Shown here: positions 9,468 through 18,359 of the stretch, in pieces
Position numbering within the stretch: the first letter of the stretch is position 1
Layout: each line of letters starts with the position of its first letter
From: an uncultured Acetobacteraceae bacterium
Lineage (GTDB): Bacteria > Pseudomonadota > Alphaproteobacteria > Acetobacterales > Acetobacteraceae
Reading direction: 5' to 3'
Assembly: GCA_937873205.1 (NCBI GenBank)
Contig: CALMVO010000018.1
Coordinates: 697-64,696, forward strand
DNA: 64,000 bases
Translations under genes and position numbers: made by a program
Notes under the pieces: model-generated
What the model was told of the DNA's origin: nothing
The model's database searches: none
The model's input: only the letters and a program-made list of their open reading frames with translations

Positions 9468-10843
9468 CCGGACAGCGCAAGGACATCGCCGGCTTCCTGG
9501 CCGCGCTGGGCGACGTGCCGGTGCAGACCGAGCCGGCGCTGGTACGGCGCAAGAGCCGCGACTTCTTCTGGTACAGCCCGGTGCTGTCCCGCCAGCTCGA
9601 CGGCCTGGTAGCCGATCTGGTGGTGCAGCCGCGCGACGAGGCCGAGCTGCTGCGGGTGGCGGTGCTGGCCCGCCGTCACGGCGTGCCGCTCACCACGCGC
9701 GGTGGCGGCACCGGCAACTACGGACAGGCGGTGCCGCTGGACGGCGGTGCCGTGGTCGACATGGCCGGCTTCGACCGGCTGCTCTGGGCGCGGGACGGCG
9801 TCGCGCGGGTGCAGGCCGGCATGAACATGCTGGCACTCGACCGCGCCCTGCGCGCCCATGGTCAAGGCCACGAGATCCGGCTCTATCCCTCGACCAAGCG
9901 CACCGCCTCGATCGGCGGCTTCGTCTCGGGCGGCTCCGGCGGGATCGGCTCGGTCAGCTGGGGCGGCCTGCGCGACCGCGGCAACGTGCTGGCCGCGCGC
10001 GTGGTGACGCTGCAGGACCCGCCTGCCGCGATCGAGCTGCGCGGCGCCGAGACCGACGCGATCAACCACACCTACGGCACCACCGCGATCGTCACCGAGC
10101 TCGAGATCCCGGTGCAGCCGGCGGTGCGCTGGCGCGAGCTGGCCTGGAGCTTCGCCGACTTCCCGGCCGCCGCGGGCCTCGGCCTGGCGTTGGCCGCCGC
10201 GTCCGGCATCGAGACGAAGCTGGTCACCGCCACCGACGCGGCGCTGACCCCGTTCTTCGGGCCCCTGCGGGACACGGTGCCGCAGGACCGCCCGCTGATC
10301 ATCGCCCTGGTGGCGCCGGCCGGGCTGGAACCGGCGATGGCGCTGGCGGCGCGCCACGGCGGCACGCTGTGCCACGACGGCGACCTCGCCGACGCCGAGG
10401 ACGATCCGGCCCGCGTGCCGCTCTACGAGCTGACCTGGAACCACACCACGCTGCAGGTGCTCAAGCGCGACCGCGGCCACACCTACCTGCAGTGCCTGTA
10501 TCCGCCCGACGGGCTGCTCGAGCGCATCGAGCGCATCCGCGCGCTGTTCGGATCGGAGCTGATGATGCACCTGGAGTTCATGCCGTCGAGCGGCTCGGCC
10601 GGCCGCATGACCTGCTCGGCCCTGCCGGTGCTGCGCTACACCGACGAGGCGCGGCTGGCCGAGATCATCCGGCTGCACGAGGCCGAGGGCGTGATGATCG
10701 CCAACCCGCACGTGTTCACCATCGAGGATGGTGGCATCCACCGCGTCGCCTCGCCCGATCTCGCCAGCGCCAAGGCCCGGCTGGATCCGCTCGGGCTGCT
10801 CAACCCGGGCAAGATGCGCAGCGCGCCGGCGCGGGCCGCATGA
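9464..10843 (+). CDS. FAD-binding oxidoreductase (FAD-linked oxidase fold), intact copy
   Basis: RGGGTGNYGQ, PSTKRTASIGGF, HLEF, NPHVF, DPLGLLNPGK; ATGA overlap. Confidence 0.9.
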   Translation: MTGQRKDIAGFLAALGDVPVQTEPALVRRKSRDFFWYSPVLSRQLDGLVADLVVQPRDEAELLRVAVLARRHGVPLTTRGGGTGNYGQAVPLDGGAVVDMAGFDRLLWARDGVARVQAGMNMLALDRALRAHGQGHEIRLYPSTKRTASIGGFVSGGSGGIGSVSWGGLRDRGNVLAARVVTLQDPPAAIELRGAETDAINHTYGTTAIVTELEIPVQPAVRWRELAWSFADFPAAAGLGLALAAASGIETKLVTATDAALTPFFGPLRDTVPQDRPLIIALVAPAGLEPAMALAARHGGTLCHDGDLADAEDDPARVPLYELTWNHTTLQVLKRDRGHTYLQCLYPPDGLLERIERIRALFGSELMMHLEFMPSSGSAGRMTCSALPVLRYTDEARLAEIIRLHEAEGVMIANPHVFTIEDGGIHRVASPDLASAKARLDPLGLLNPGKMRSAPARAA

Positions 10844-10849
10844 GAGGGA

Positions 10850-10962
10850 AGGCCAGGGCGCTGCCCTGGACCCGCTCAAGGCGAAGCCTTGAGAATCCGA
10901 TCCTTCAAGTAAAATGGTTTCCAAAGGCCGAGGCCTTTGGCGGGTCTGGGCAGAGCCCAGCC
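10850..10962. repeat. Two inverted copies of a double-hairpin REP-like element
   Basis: Plus copy 10850-10898 AGGCCAGGGCGCTGCCCTGGACCCGCTCAAGGCGAAGCCTTGAGAATCC; minus copy 10914-10962 GGCTGGGCTCTGCCCAGACCCGCCAAAGGCCTCGGCCTTTGGAAACCAT. Confidence 0.85.
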
Positions 10963-10982
10963 TTTTTTCCCAGTGGGCAACC

Positions 10983-12650
10983 ATGAGCCGGCTCGCGGTA
11001 CGGCCGAAGCGCACGGAGGCGATGACCACCCGCGACGGCGTGGTCCTGGTCGCCGATATCTGGGAGCCCGCCGAGGGCGGTCCCTATCCGGTGCTGCTGA
11101 TGCGCCAGGCCTATGGGCGCGGGATCGGCCCCGCGCTGTGCTACGCGCCGTCTGCCTGGTACGCGTCGCACGGCTTCATCGTGGTGATGCAGGACGTGCG
11201 CGGCCGCGGCGACTCCGGCGGACCGTTCGAGCTGTTCCGGTTCGAGGCGCAGGACGGCGCCGACACCGTCGCGTGGGCGGCGACGCTGCCGAACGCCAAC
11301 GGCCGGGTCGGCATGTTCGGCTTCTCGTTCCAGGGCACCAACCAGTTGCTGGCGCTGAGCGAGCCCTGCCCGGCGCTGCGCGCGGTGGCGCCGGCGATGC
11401 TCGGCTGGGATCTGCGCACCGACTGGGCCTACGAGAACGGCGCGTTCCCGCTGCGCCTCAATCTCGGCTGGGCGACGCAGCTGATGACCGAGACCGCGCG
11501 CGTGACCGGCGACACCGCGGTGCAGGCCGAATTGTTCGCGATCGGCCGCGCGCTGCCGCTGCATGGCCCGACGCCGGGCCGGCCGGAGTTCATGCGTCGG
11601 CTCGGCCATTGGGGCCACTATCCGGGCTGGGCGGACCGTCCGGACGACGATGCCGGCTGGCGCGCCATCTCGCCGTCGGCGCATCTCGACGCGATCGTCG
11701 CCAACCAACCGGCGGTGCTCCTGGTCGGCGGCTGGTACGACAGCCACCTGCCGGGCACGCTGGCGGCCTGGCATGCGCTGCACGGCCGCGTGCCGCTGCG
11801 CTTCGTGGTCGGGCCATGGGCGCATTTCCCGTGGGACCGCCGGGTCGGCGACCGCGATTTCGGCGCCGAGGCCGTCACCGACATCGACCAGCAGCAGGTC
11901 GCGTGGTTCGACCGCTGGCTGAAGGGCGACGCGCCGCCGGTGTCGGACAGCTTGGGCCCGGAGAGTGTGGTGCGGCTGTTCGACATGGGGACCGCGTCGT
12001 GGCGCGAGATGACGGCGCTGCCGGATGCGACCACGCCGATCTGGCCCTCGGGAAGCGGACGCGCCGCCATCGACATGCGCGACGGCGCCCTGGCCGAGGC
12101 CCTGGCGGCGGCGTCCGAGGAATACCTGGTGCACGACCCGTCGCGGCCGCCGGCGCCGTGCGGCGGCAGCTTCGGCCTGCCGCCGGGCCCGATCGACCGC
12201 CACGTCACCGATTCGCGCTCCGACGTGCTGACCTTCACCACCGAGCCGTTCGCGCGGCCACGCATCCTGTGCGGGGCGGTGACGCTGCAGCTCGACGTCG
12301 AGAGCGACGCGGCCGCGTTCGACCTGCACGCGACGCTGTCCGTCGTCACCACCGCCGGCGCCGCCTACCCGCTGGCCGAGGGCTATGGCAGCTTCGCCGC
12401 CGACCAGTCGCCCTGCCGGCTGCCGATGCGTGCCACCTGCGTCACGCTGCGACCGGGCGAGCGGCTCCGGCTGTCGGTCGCCGCCGCCTGCTTCCCGGCG
12501 TTCGCAATCAATCCGGGCAACGGCACGCGGCCGTGGGACGCGGCCCTGGACAGCCTGCGCGTGATCACGCTCAAGGTCCGCACCGGCACGGGGACGGAGT
12601 CAGTGCTGCACCTGCCGCTCGCACCCGCATCCGAGGAGCTCCCGTCATGA
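10983..12650 (+). CDS. CocE/NonD-family serine hydrolase (peptidase S15-like)
   Basis: TRDGVVLVADIW, QDVRGRGDSGG, QDGADTVAW, nucleophile GFSFQG, GGWYD, VGPWAH and a C-terminal domain. The track start at 10914 lies inside the repeat. Confidence 0.9.
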   Translation: MSRLAVRPKRTEAMTTRDGVVLVADIWEPAEGGPYPVLLMRQAYGRGIGPALCYAPSAWYASHGFIVVMQDVRGRGDSGGPFELFRFEAQDGADTVAWAATLPNANGRVGMFGFSFQGTNQLLALSEPCPALRAVAPAMLGWDLRTDWAYENGAFPLRLNLGWATQLMTETARVTGDTAVQAELFAIGRALPLHGPTPGRPEFMRRLGHWGHYPGWADRPDDDAGWRAISPSAHLDAIVANQPAVLLVGGWYDSHLPGTLAAWHALHGRVPLRFVVGPWAHFPWDRRVGDRDFGAEAVTDIDQQQVAWFDRWLKGDAPPVSDSLGPESVVRLFDMGTASWREMTALPDATTPIWPSGSGRAAIDMRDGALAEALAAASEEYLVHDPSRPPAPCGGSFGLPPGPIDRHVTDSRSDVLTFTTEPFARPRILCGAVTLQLDVESDAAAFDLHATLSVVTTAGAAYPLAEGYGSFAADQSPCRLPMRATCVTLRPGERLRLSVAAACFPAFAINPGNGTRPWDAALDSLRVITLKVRTGTGTESVLHLPLAPASEELPS

Positions 12651-13069
12651 TGCACGCCGTCACCAAGCGCCCGGTCTCCGAGGTCGAGGCCTTTCGCATC
12701 GCGCCCGCCGACAGCAACTACTTCGCGCTGCTGCTCGACCGCCAGGCCGGCGGCACCGAAGCCGTCTGCGTGGTCGAGATCTTCACCGTCGGCGGCCGCA
12801 CGCCCCCCAACACCCACGCCGCCGCCGACGAGTTCTTCTACGTGCTGAGCGGCACCGGCGTCGCCCGCTGCGACGGGCGCGAGGTGTCGCTGAAGCGGGG
12901 CGACGCGCTGCTGGTGCGGCCAGGCTCGGAGCACGTGATCGAGAACACCGGCGAGTCCAAGCTCTACACGCTGACCGTGATGACGCCGAACGAGGGCTTC
13001 GCCGAGCTGATCCGCGCCGGCGAGCCGGTTCGGCTCGACGCCGAGGACCTCGCCGTGCTGTGCGGCTGA
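12647..13069 (+). CDS. Cupin-domain protein
   Basis: GGRTPPNTHAAADEFFYVLSGTG and GSEHVIEN cupin motifs; ATGA overlap. Confidence 0.88.
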   Translation: MMHAVTKRPVSEVEAFRIAPADSNYFALLLDRQAGGTEAVCVVEIFTVGGRTPPNTHAAADEFFYVLSGTGVARCDGREVSLKRGDALLVRPGSEHVIENTGESKLYTLTVMTPNEGFAELIRAGEPVRLDAEDLAVLCG

Positions 13070-13075
13070 GCGCCG

Positions 13076-13867
13076 ATGCGGCCGCTCGGCAGCAGCCCGC
13101 GCAACACGTGGCAGGTCTCGCCGGACTTGGTCGACACCGTGCGCCCGCGGCCGCAGCAGCATCCCTTCCTGCTCGCCGCCGAACCCCGGCCGCTGCGGAT
13201 CGACCTTGCCGCCGCAGCGTTGCTGGTGATCGACATGCAGAACGATTTCTGCCACCCGGACGGCTGGCTGGCGGGTATCGGCGTCGACGTCGCACCGGCA
13301 CGGGCGCCGATCGCGCCGCTGCAGCGGCTGCTGGCCGCGCTGCGCGCGCAGGCCGTGCCGGTGCTGTGGGTCAGCTGGGGCAACCGGCCCGACCGGCTGA
13401 ACCTGAGCCCGTCGCTGCTCCACGTCTATGACCCGCACGGCACCGGCGTCGGCCTCGGCGCCGCACTCGCCCCGCAGGGGTCGCGCGTGCTGGAGGCCGG
13501 CGGCTGGAGTGCCGCCATCGTCGACGAGCTGACGCCCGCGCCCGGCGACATCCAGGTCGCGAAGTACCGCATGTCCGGCTTCTGGGACACGCCGCTCGAC
13601 AGCATCCTGCGCAACCTGCGCGTTGACACCCTGCTGTTCGCCGGCGTCAACGTCGACCAGTGCGTCATGGCGACGCTGCAGGACGCCAGTTGCCTTGGCT
13701 ACGACTGCATCCTGATGGATGACTGCGCTGGCACCACCTCGCCGGCGTTCTGCCACGAGGCGACGCGATACAACGTCAGGCAGTGCTACGGCTTCACGGC
13801 CCTTTCTGAAGACGTCATCAAGGCAACGGGCGTCACGCGCCGGCGTGCTTCGCACGACGCCCCTTGA
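13076..13867 (+). CDS. Cysteine hydrolase, isochorismatase superfamily (RutB/biuret-hydrolase-like amidohydrolase)
   Basis: LLVIDMQNDF (Asp), KYRMSGF (Lys), GVNVDQCV (Cys) catalytic triad. Confidence 0.9.
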   Translation: MRPLGSSPRNTWQVSPDLVDTVRPRPQQHPFLLAAEPRPLRIDLAAAALLVIDMQNDFCHPDGWLAGIGVDVAPARAPIAPLQRLLAALRAQAVPVLWVSWGNRPDRLNLSPSLLHVYDPHGTGVGLGAALAPQGSRVLEAGGWSAAIVDELTPAPGDIQVAKYRMSGFWDTPLDSILRNLRVDTLLFAGVNVDQCVMATLQDASCLGYDCILMDDCAGTTSPAFCHEATRYNVRQCYGFTALSEDVIKATGVTRRRASHDAP

Positions 13868-13900
13868 CCCCGTCGAAGGCGGAGCCTTTGAAATCCATTT
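13859..13900 (+). repeat. Degenerate partial copy of the REP-like element spanning a gene junction
   Basis: GCCCCTTGACCCCGTCGAAGGCGGAGCCTTTGAAATCCATTT versus consensus GCCCCTGGACCCCGCCAAAGGC..GCCTTTGGAAACCATTT. Confidence 0.7.
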
Positions 13901-14385
13901 CTTCAGCAGGAAGGATCGCAAAGATCGGCATGGTGCTCGGCCTTGCGACGTTCGCGCTCCTGGTCGGCATCGACAACCTCACCGACTACGGCTCCAACTT
14001 CCTGTTCGTGCGCCACGTGCTCAGCATGGACACGACCTTCCCGGATAGCGCGCTGCGCTGGCGCGCACTGACGCCGCCCTGGAGCTGGCACGCGGCCTAC
14101 GCCCTCATCATCGCCGGCGAGCTCGGCACCGGCGCGCTCTTCGCCGCGGCCGGCCTGCGCATGCTGCGCGACCGCGTGGCACCGCCGGAGGTCTTCGCGC
14201 AAGCCCGGAACTTGGCGCATTACGGCGTGCTGGCCGGCTTCCTCGTCTGGTTCCTGGGCTTCACCGTCATCGGCGGCGAGTGGTTCGCCATGTGGCAGTC
14301 GCCCCGGTGGAACGGGCAGGAGCCGGCGTTCCGCTTCCTGGTCGCCATCCTGGCGGTCGGCCTCTACGTCCAGCAGCCCGACTGA
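13864..14385 (+). CDS. DUF2165-family inner membrane protein
   Basis: NLTDYGSNFLFVRHVLSMDTTF, GGEWFAMWQS..WNGQEPAFRF; start codon uncertain (TTG 13864 or 13888). Confidence 0.85.
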   Translation: MTPSKAEPLKSISSAGRIAKIGMVLGLATFALLVGIDNLTDYGSNFLFVRHVLSMDTTFPDSALRWRALTPPWSWHAAYALIIAGELGTGALFAAAGLRMLRDRVAPPEVFAQARNLAHYGVLAGFLVWFLGFTVIGGEWFAMWQSPRWNGQEPAFRFLVAILAVGLYVQQPD

Positions 14386-15665
14386 AGCCCGTCCAGCTCG
14401 CGGTAGCGCGGCGGCACCGCCCCGGTGGCCCGGCCGCCGCGGATGACCAGCCGGTCCGCCTGCGGGCGCGACAGCAGCTCGTTCAAGCTACGCGCGTCGA
14501 ACACCACCAGGTCCGCCGCGTCGCCGACGGCGAGGCCGCCGCCCCGACCCATCCAGCCCGCCGGCGTCGCCGTCACCGCGCGCGGCCAGTCCGCGAACGG
14601 ATGGTCAAGATGGCCGATGCGCGCCGAATGGCCGAACACCTCCAGCATGTCGAGGTCGCCATAGGCATGGAACGGGTCGCGCGTGTTGTCGCTGGCCAGC
14701 ATGACCGGCACACCCGCCGCCACCAGCTCGTGCAGCAGCGTGACGCCGCGCCAGCGCGGCGTCCGGCCGACCCGCCGATCCTGCAGATAGAGGTTGCACA
14801 TCGGCAGGCTGACGACGCCGAGCCCGGCCTCGGCCACCAGCGCGATCGTCTCCCGCCGCCGCGGCGGCGGCTGTACCGCCAGGCTGCAGCAGTGCCCGCA
14901 CAGCACCCGCCCGCGGAACCGATGCCGCAGCGCCGCCCGCGCCACCTGCTCGAGCCCGGTGCCTGCGGCGACGCCGTTCTCGTCCACGTGCAGGTCGAGC
15001 TCGAGCCCGTGCGCCGCGGCCAGCGCGAACAGCCGGTCCAGCCGCTCCGGCAGTCCCGGCTCATGGACCACCAGACCGCCCAGCACGCCGCCCTCGGTCG
15101 CCGCCACCTCCGCCGCGATCGCGTCACCCGCGGCGCCGGCGAGCTGGTCCAGCAGGCAGAGCGAGACCGCCTGCAGCGCGATGCGTCCGCGCCAGCGCGC
15201 CTGCACCGCCCGAAACAGCGGCCACACCACCGTGCGGTGGTCCCCGAACGTGTCGAGATGGGTGCGGATCGCCGAGGTGCCGTGCGCGTAGGCAGAGCGC
15301 AGCGCGAACTCCATGCGCGCCTCCATGTCGTCCCGCGTCCAGTGCGCCGACCGATCGGCGCCCGCCGCCGCCAACGCCGCCCCGAAGCTGCCGTCTGGGT
15401 TCGGCGCGCGCGGCCAGATCTGGCCCTTGTCGAGATGGGTATGGACGTCCTGAAACGCCGGCCAGACCAGCGCGCCGTCCAGCTCCAGAACCGGCACGTC
15501 GGCCGCGATGCCGGCGCCGATCCCCGCCAGCCGGCCGTCCTGCACCAACAGGTCGAGGCGGGCCAGCCCGTCCCGGTCACCGTGATCCAGCAGGCAGGAC
15601 GGCACCTGCCCGCCTCGCAGGAGCCAAGTGTCGCCGGGGGGAAGATCCAGGAACGGCGTGATCAT
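14364..15665 (-). CDS. Cytosine-deaminase-like amidohydrolase (candidate pterin/nucleobase deaminase)
   Basis: DVHTHLDKG, AIRTHLD, DLHVDE, GHCCSL, SLPMCNLYLQDR, SDNTRDPFHAYGDLDMLEV. Confidence 0.88.
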   Translation of the reverse strand: MITPFLDLPPGDTWLLRGGQVPSCLLDHGDRDGLARLDLLVQDGRLAGIGAGIAADVPVLELDGALVWPAFQDVHTHLDKGQIWPRAPNPDGSFGAALAAAGADRSAHWTRDDMEARMEFALRSAYAHGTSAIRTHLDTFGDHRTVVWPLFRAVQARWRGRIALQAVSLCLLDQLAGAAGDAIAAEVAATEGGVLGGLVVHEPGLPERLDRLFALAAAHGLELDLHVDENGVAAGTGLEQVARAALRHRFRGRVLCGHCCSLAVQPPPRRRETIALVAEAGLGVVSLPMCNLYLQDRRVGRTPRWRGVTLLHELVAAGVPVMLASDNTRDPFHAYGDLDMLEVFGHSARIGHLDHPFADWPRAVTATPAGWMGRGGGLAVGDAADLVVFDARSLNELLSRPQADRLVIRGGRATGAVPPRYRELDGLQSGCWT

Positions 15666-15684
15666 CCGGGCGAGCAGACCGTGC

Positions 15685-15700
15685 TGGCATCCCATGTGCA
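15685..15700 (+). promoter_or_regulatory. Possible sigma54 (-24/-12) promoter TGGCATCCCATGTGCA
   Basis: GG and GC are correctly spaced, with two mismatches to TGGCAC-N5-TTGCW, in the 47-bp divergent gap. Confidence 0.4.
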
Positions 15701-15712
15701 AGCGGACCGGGC

Positions 15713-16546
15713 ATGAGTCATCCGCAACGGTATCCTGCCGACATCTCCGAATCCGGTGCCGATCGGCCGCCGGTGGTGGCGCTGCGGGCGGTGGAGATGG
15801 TGTTCGCCCGCCACGCGCGGGCTTTGGCGCCGACCGAGCTCACCATCCGGTCGGGCGAATTCGCGAGCCTGATCGGGCCGTCCGGCTGCGGCAAGAGCAC
15901 GCTGCTCAAGCTGGCGGCACGGCTGCACGAGCCATCCGCCGGCCAGGTCGAGTGGTGGGGCGGGGACTTTCGCCGCGTCGGCGAGGCCGGCCGGCGGCTG
16001 GCCTTCGTGTTCCAGGACCCGACCCTGATGCCGTGGGCCGACGTCGCCAGCAACGTCCGCCTGCCGCTCGACCTCCGGCGCGTGCCCCGCGCCGAGGCAT
16101 CGGAGCGCGTCGCGGCGGCGCTGCGCCAGGTCGGGCTCGCCGACCGTCATGCCGAGCGGCCGCACCGCCTCTCGGGCGGCATGCGCATGCGGGTCTCGAT
16201 CGCCCGCGCGCTGGTCACCGACCCCGACCTGCTGCTGATGGACGAACCGTTCGGCGCCCTCGACGAGTTCACCCGCGACCGGCTGGACGAGGACCTGCTG
16301 GCGCTGGCGGCGCAGCGGCAGCTCACCACCCTGTTCGTGACCCACTCGATCGGCGAGGCCGCGTTCCTGTCCTCGCGCGTGCTGGTGATGGCGTCGGGCC
16401 CGGGCCGGATCTTCGCCGAGTATCCCGTCCCCGACCCGTTCCCGCGGGACGAGGCCTACCGGCTCGGCAGCCGCTACGCCGAGCATTGCCGCTGCCTGTC
16501 GCGGCTGCTGCACGAGGCGTCCCGCAGCGGCGAGGTCCGCGCATGA
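15713..16546 (+). CDS. ABC transporter ATP-binding protein, NitT/TauT family
   Basis: Walker A GPSGCGKST, signature LSGGM, Walker B LLLMDEPF, H-loop VTH. Confidence 0.93.
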   Translation: MSHPQRYPADISESGADRPPVVALRAVEMVFARHARALAPTELTIRSGEFASLIGPSGCGKSTLLKLAARLHEPSAGQVEWWGGDFRRVGEAGRRLAFVFQDPTLMPWADVASNVRLPLDLRRVPRAEASERVAAALRQVGLADRHAERPHRLSGGMRMRVSIARALVTDPDLLLMDEPFGALDEFTRDRLDEDLLALAAQRQLTTLFVTHSIGEAAFLSSRVLVMASGPGRIFAEYPVPDPFPRDEAYRLGSRYAEHCRCLSRLLHEASRSGEVRA

Positions 16547-17310
16547 TGGCGCTGCCGCGCATCCTGGCCCCTGCCCTCGTCGGCGTGCTGTTGCTGGCAC
16601 TGTGGCAGGCAGGCTGCGTCGCCTGGCACGTGCCCCCGTACATCTTCCCGGCCCCCTCCGCCATCGCCGCCAGCCTGTGGCAGAACCTGGGCGCGCTGCT
16701 GCACGCGCTGCGCAGCACCATGGCGGTGACGCTGACCGCGCTGGCGCTGGCGGTGCTCGCCGGCACCGCGATCTCGTTCCTGTTCGTGCAGAGCCGGGCG
16801 ATCGAGGCCAGCCTGATGCCCTATGCGGTCATGCTGCAGGTCACCCCCATCGTCGCGGTGGCGCCGCTGATCATCATCCTGGTGAAGGACACGTTCTGGT
16901 CGCTGGTGCTGTGCGCCGCGGTGATCGCGCTGTTCCCGGTCATCTCCAACACCACGCTCGGCCTGCGCAGCGTCGATCCCGGGCTGCTCGCCTTCTTCCG
17001 CATGAACAAGGCCGGGCGCTGGCAGACCCTGTGGCGCCTGCGCGTGCCGAGCGCGCTGCCGTTCTTCCTGGCCGGGCTGCGCGTCGCCGCCGGGCTCGCC
17101 CTGGTCGGCGCGGTGGTGGCGGAGTTCGTCGCCGGCACCGGCGGCCGCAGCGCCGGGCTCGCCTACGAGATCCTGCAGGCCTCGTTCCAGCTCGACATCC
17201 CGCGCATGTTCGCCGCCCTGGTGCTGATCACCCTGGCCGGCATCGCGCTCACACTGGCCACCGCCGGGCTGAGCCGCCGCATGCTGCGCGGCCGCGAGCC
17301 GGACGCGTGA
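16543..17310 (+). CDS. ABC transporter permease, NitT/TauT family
   Basis: PPYIFPAPS, QVTPIVAVAPL, FPVISNTTLGLRSVD, VVAEF; hydrophobic segments. Confidence 0.92.
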   Translation: MMALPRILAPALVGVLLLALWQAGCVAWHVPPYIFPAPSAIAASLWQNLGALLHALRSTMAVTLTALALAVLAGTAISFLFVQSRAIEASLMPYAVMLQVTPIVAVAPLIIILVKDTFWSLVLCAAVIALFPVISNTTLGLRSVDPGLLAFFRMNKAGRWQTLWRLRVPSALPFFLAGLRVAAGLALVGAVVAEFVAGTGGRSAGLAYEILQASFQLDIPRMFAALVLITLAGIALTLATAGLSRRMLRGREPDA

Positions 17311-18359
17311 CCGGCGCACCCGACATTCGGGCACTGGTCCGAGCGCTGGACGGAATCGCGCTGGCGCTCGACCTGCCGACTCGTCGGCGCAAGAGCCGCG
17401 ACTTCTTCTGGTATAGCCCGATCCTCCGCGAGCGGCTGGACGCGGCCTGCGCCGACCTGATCGCGAGCCCAGCCGACACCGGCGAGGTTCGCCGCGTCCT
17501 CTCCGCCTGCGCCGCCCTCGGCGTGCCGGTGACCGCCCGCGGCGCCGGCACCGGCAATTACGGCCAGGCAACCCCGCTCGCCGGCGGCCTGGTGCTCGAC
17601 ATGACCGGGCTCACCGGCATCGAGTGGCTGCAGGACGGCGTGGTGCGGGTGCGCGCCGGCACCAACATCCTGGCACTGGCGGATCAGCTGCGCGGCGAGG
17701 GCGCCGAGCTCCGGCTGTATCCCTCGACTAAGCGCACCGCCACCATCGGCGGACTCGTATGCGGCGGCGCCGGCTCGGCGAGCTGGGGCATGCTATGGGA
17801 GGCCGGCAACATCGTCGCGATCGACCTGCTGACGATGGAGCCCGAGCCGCGCCCGGTCACGCTGCGCGGCGAGCGCTGCCGCCTCGCCAGCCGGTGCTTC
17901 GGCACCACCGGCATCGTCACCGCCGTCGAGTTGCCGGTGCAGCCGCTGGTGGCCTGGCGCGACGTGGTGGCGGCCTTCGACACGCTGGCCGCCGCCGCCC
18001 GCTTCGGCCGCGCCTTCACCGCGGCGCAGGGCATCGGCAAGGCGCTGTGCTCGGTCTCCGAGGCTGCCATCGTCCCCTACCTGGAGCCGCTGCAGGGGCG
18101 CGTCGCCGCCGGCGATGCCGCGGCGCTGCTGATGATGGCGCCGCACTCCATGGACGCCACCGCCGACCTGGTACGCCGGCACGACGGCCGCATCGCCAGC
18201 GACGAGGACGCGCTGGACAACGAACGCGACCCGGAGCGCACCCCGCTCTACGAGATGAGCTACAACCACACGACACGGAACGTGCTGAAGCGGGACCGCG
18301 GGCGCTCCATCACCGGACCCGCACGTCCGCGGCGGCGGCACGTCCGTCCGCATCGGTGA
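17307..18359 (+). pseudogene. Second FAD-binding oxidoreductase paralogue, 3'-truncated at ~18314
   Basis: Collinear with 9464-10843 (RRKSRDFFWYSP, GTGNYGQ, PSTKRTA) up to LKRDRGRSIT, then runs antisense into pbpC. The HLEF/NPHVF C-terminal part (~125 aa) is missing. Confidence 0.8.

Noticed and set aside
10850-10962. Repeat pair as a mini-CRISPR or an IS end
   Set aside because: The copies are inverted, not direct with unique spacers, and there are no cas genes, transposase or target duplication.
10914-10982. N-terminal extension of the CocE ORF (MVSKGRGLW...) in the ORF track
   Set aside because: It is read through the inverted repeat copy; family homology starts after ATG 10983.
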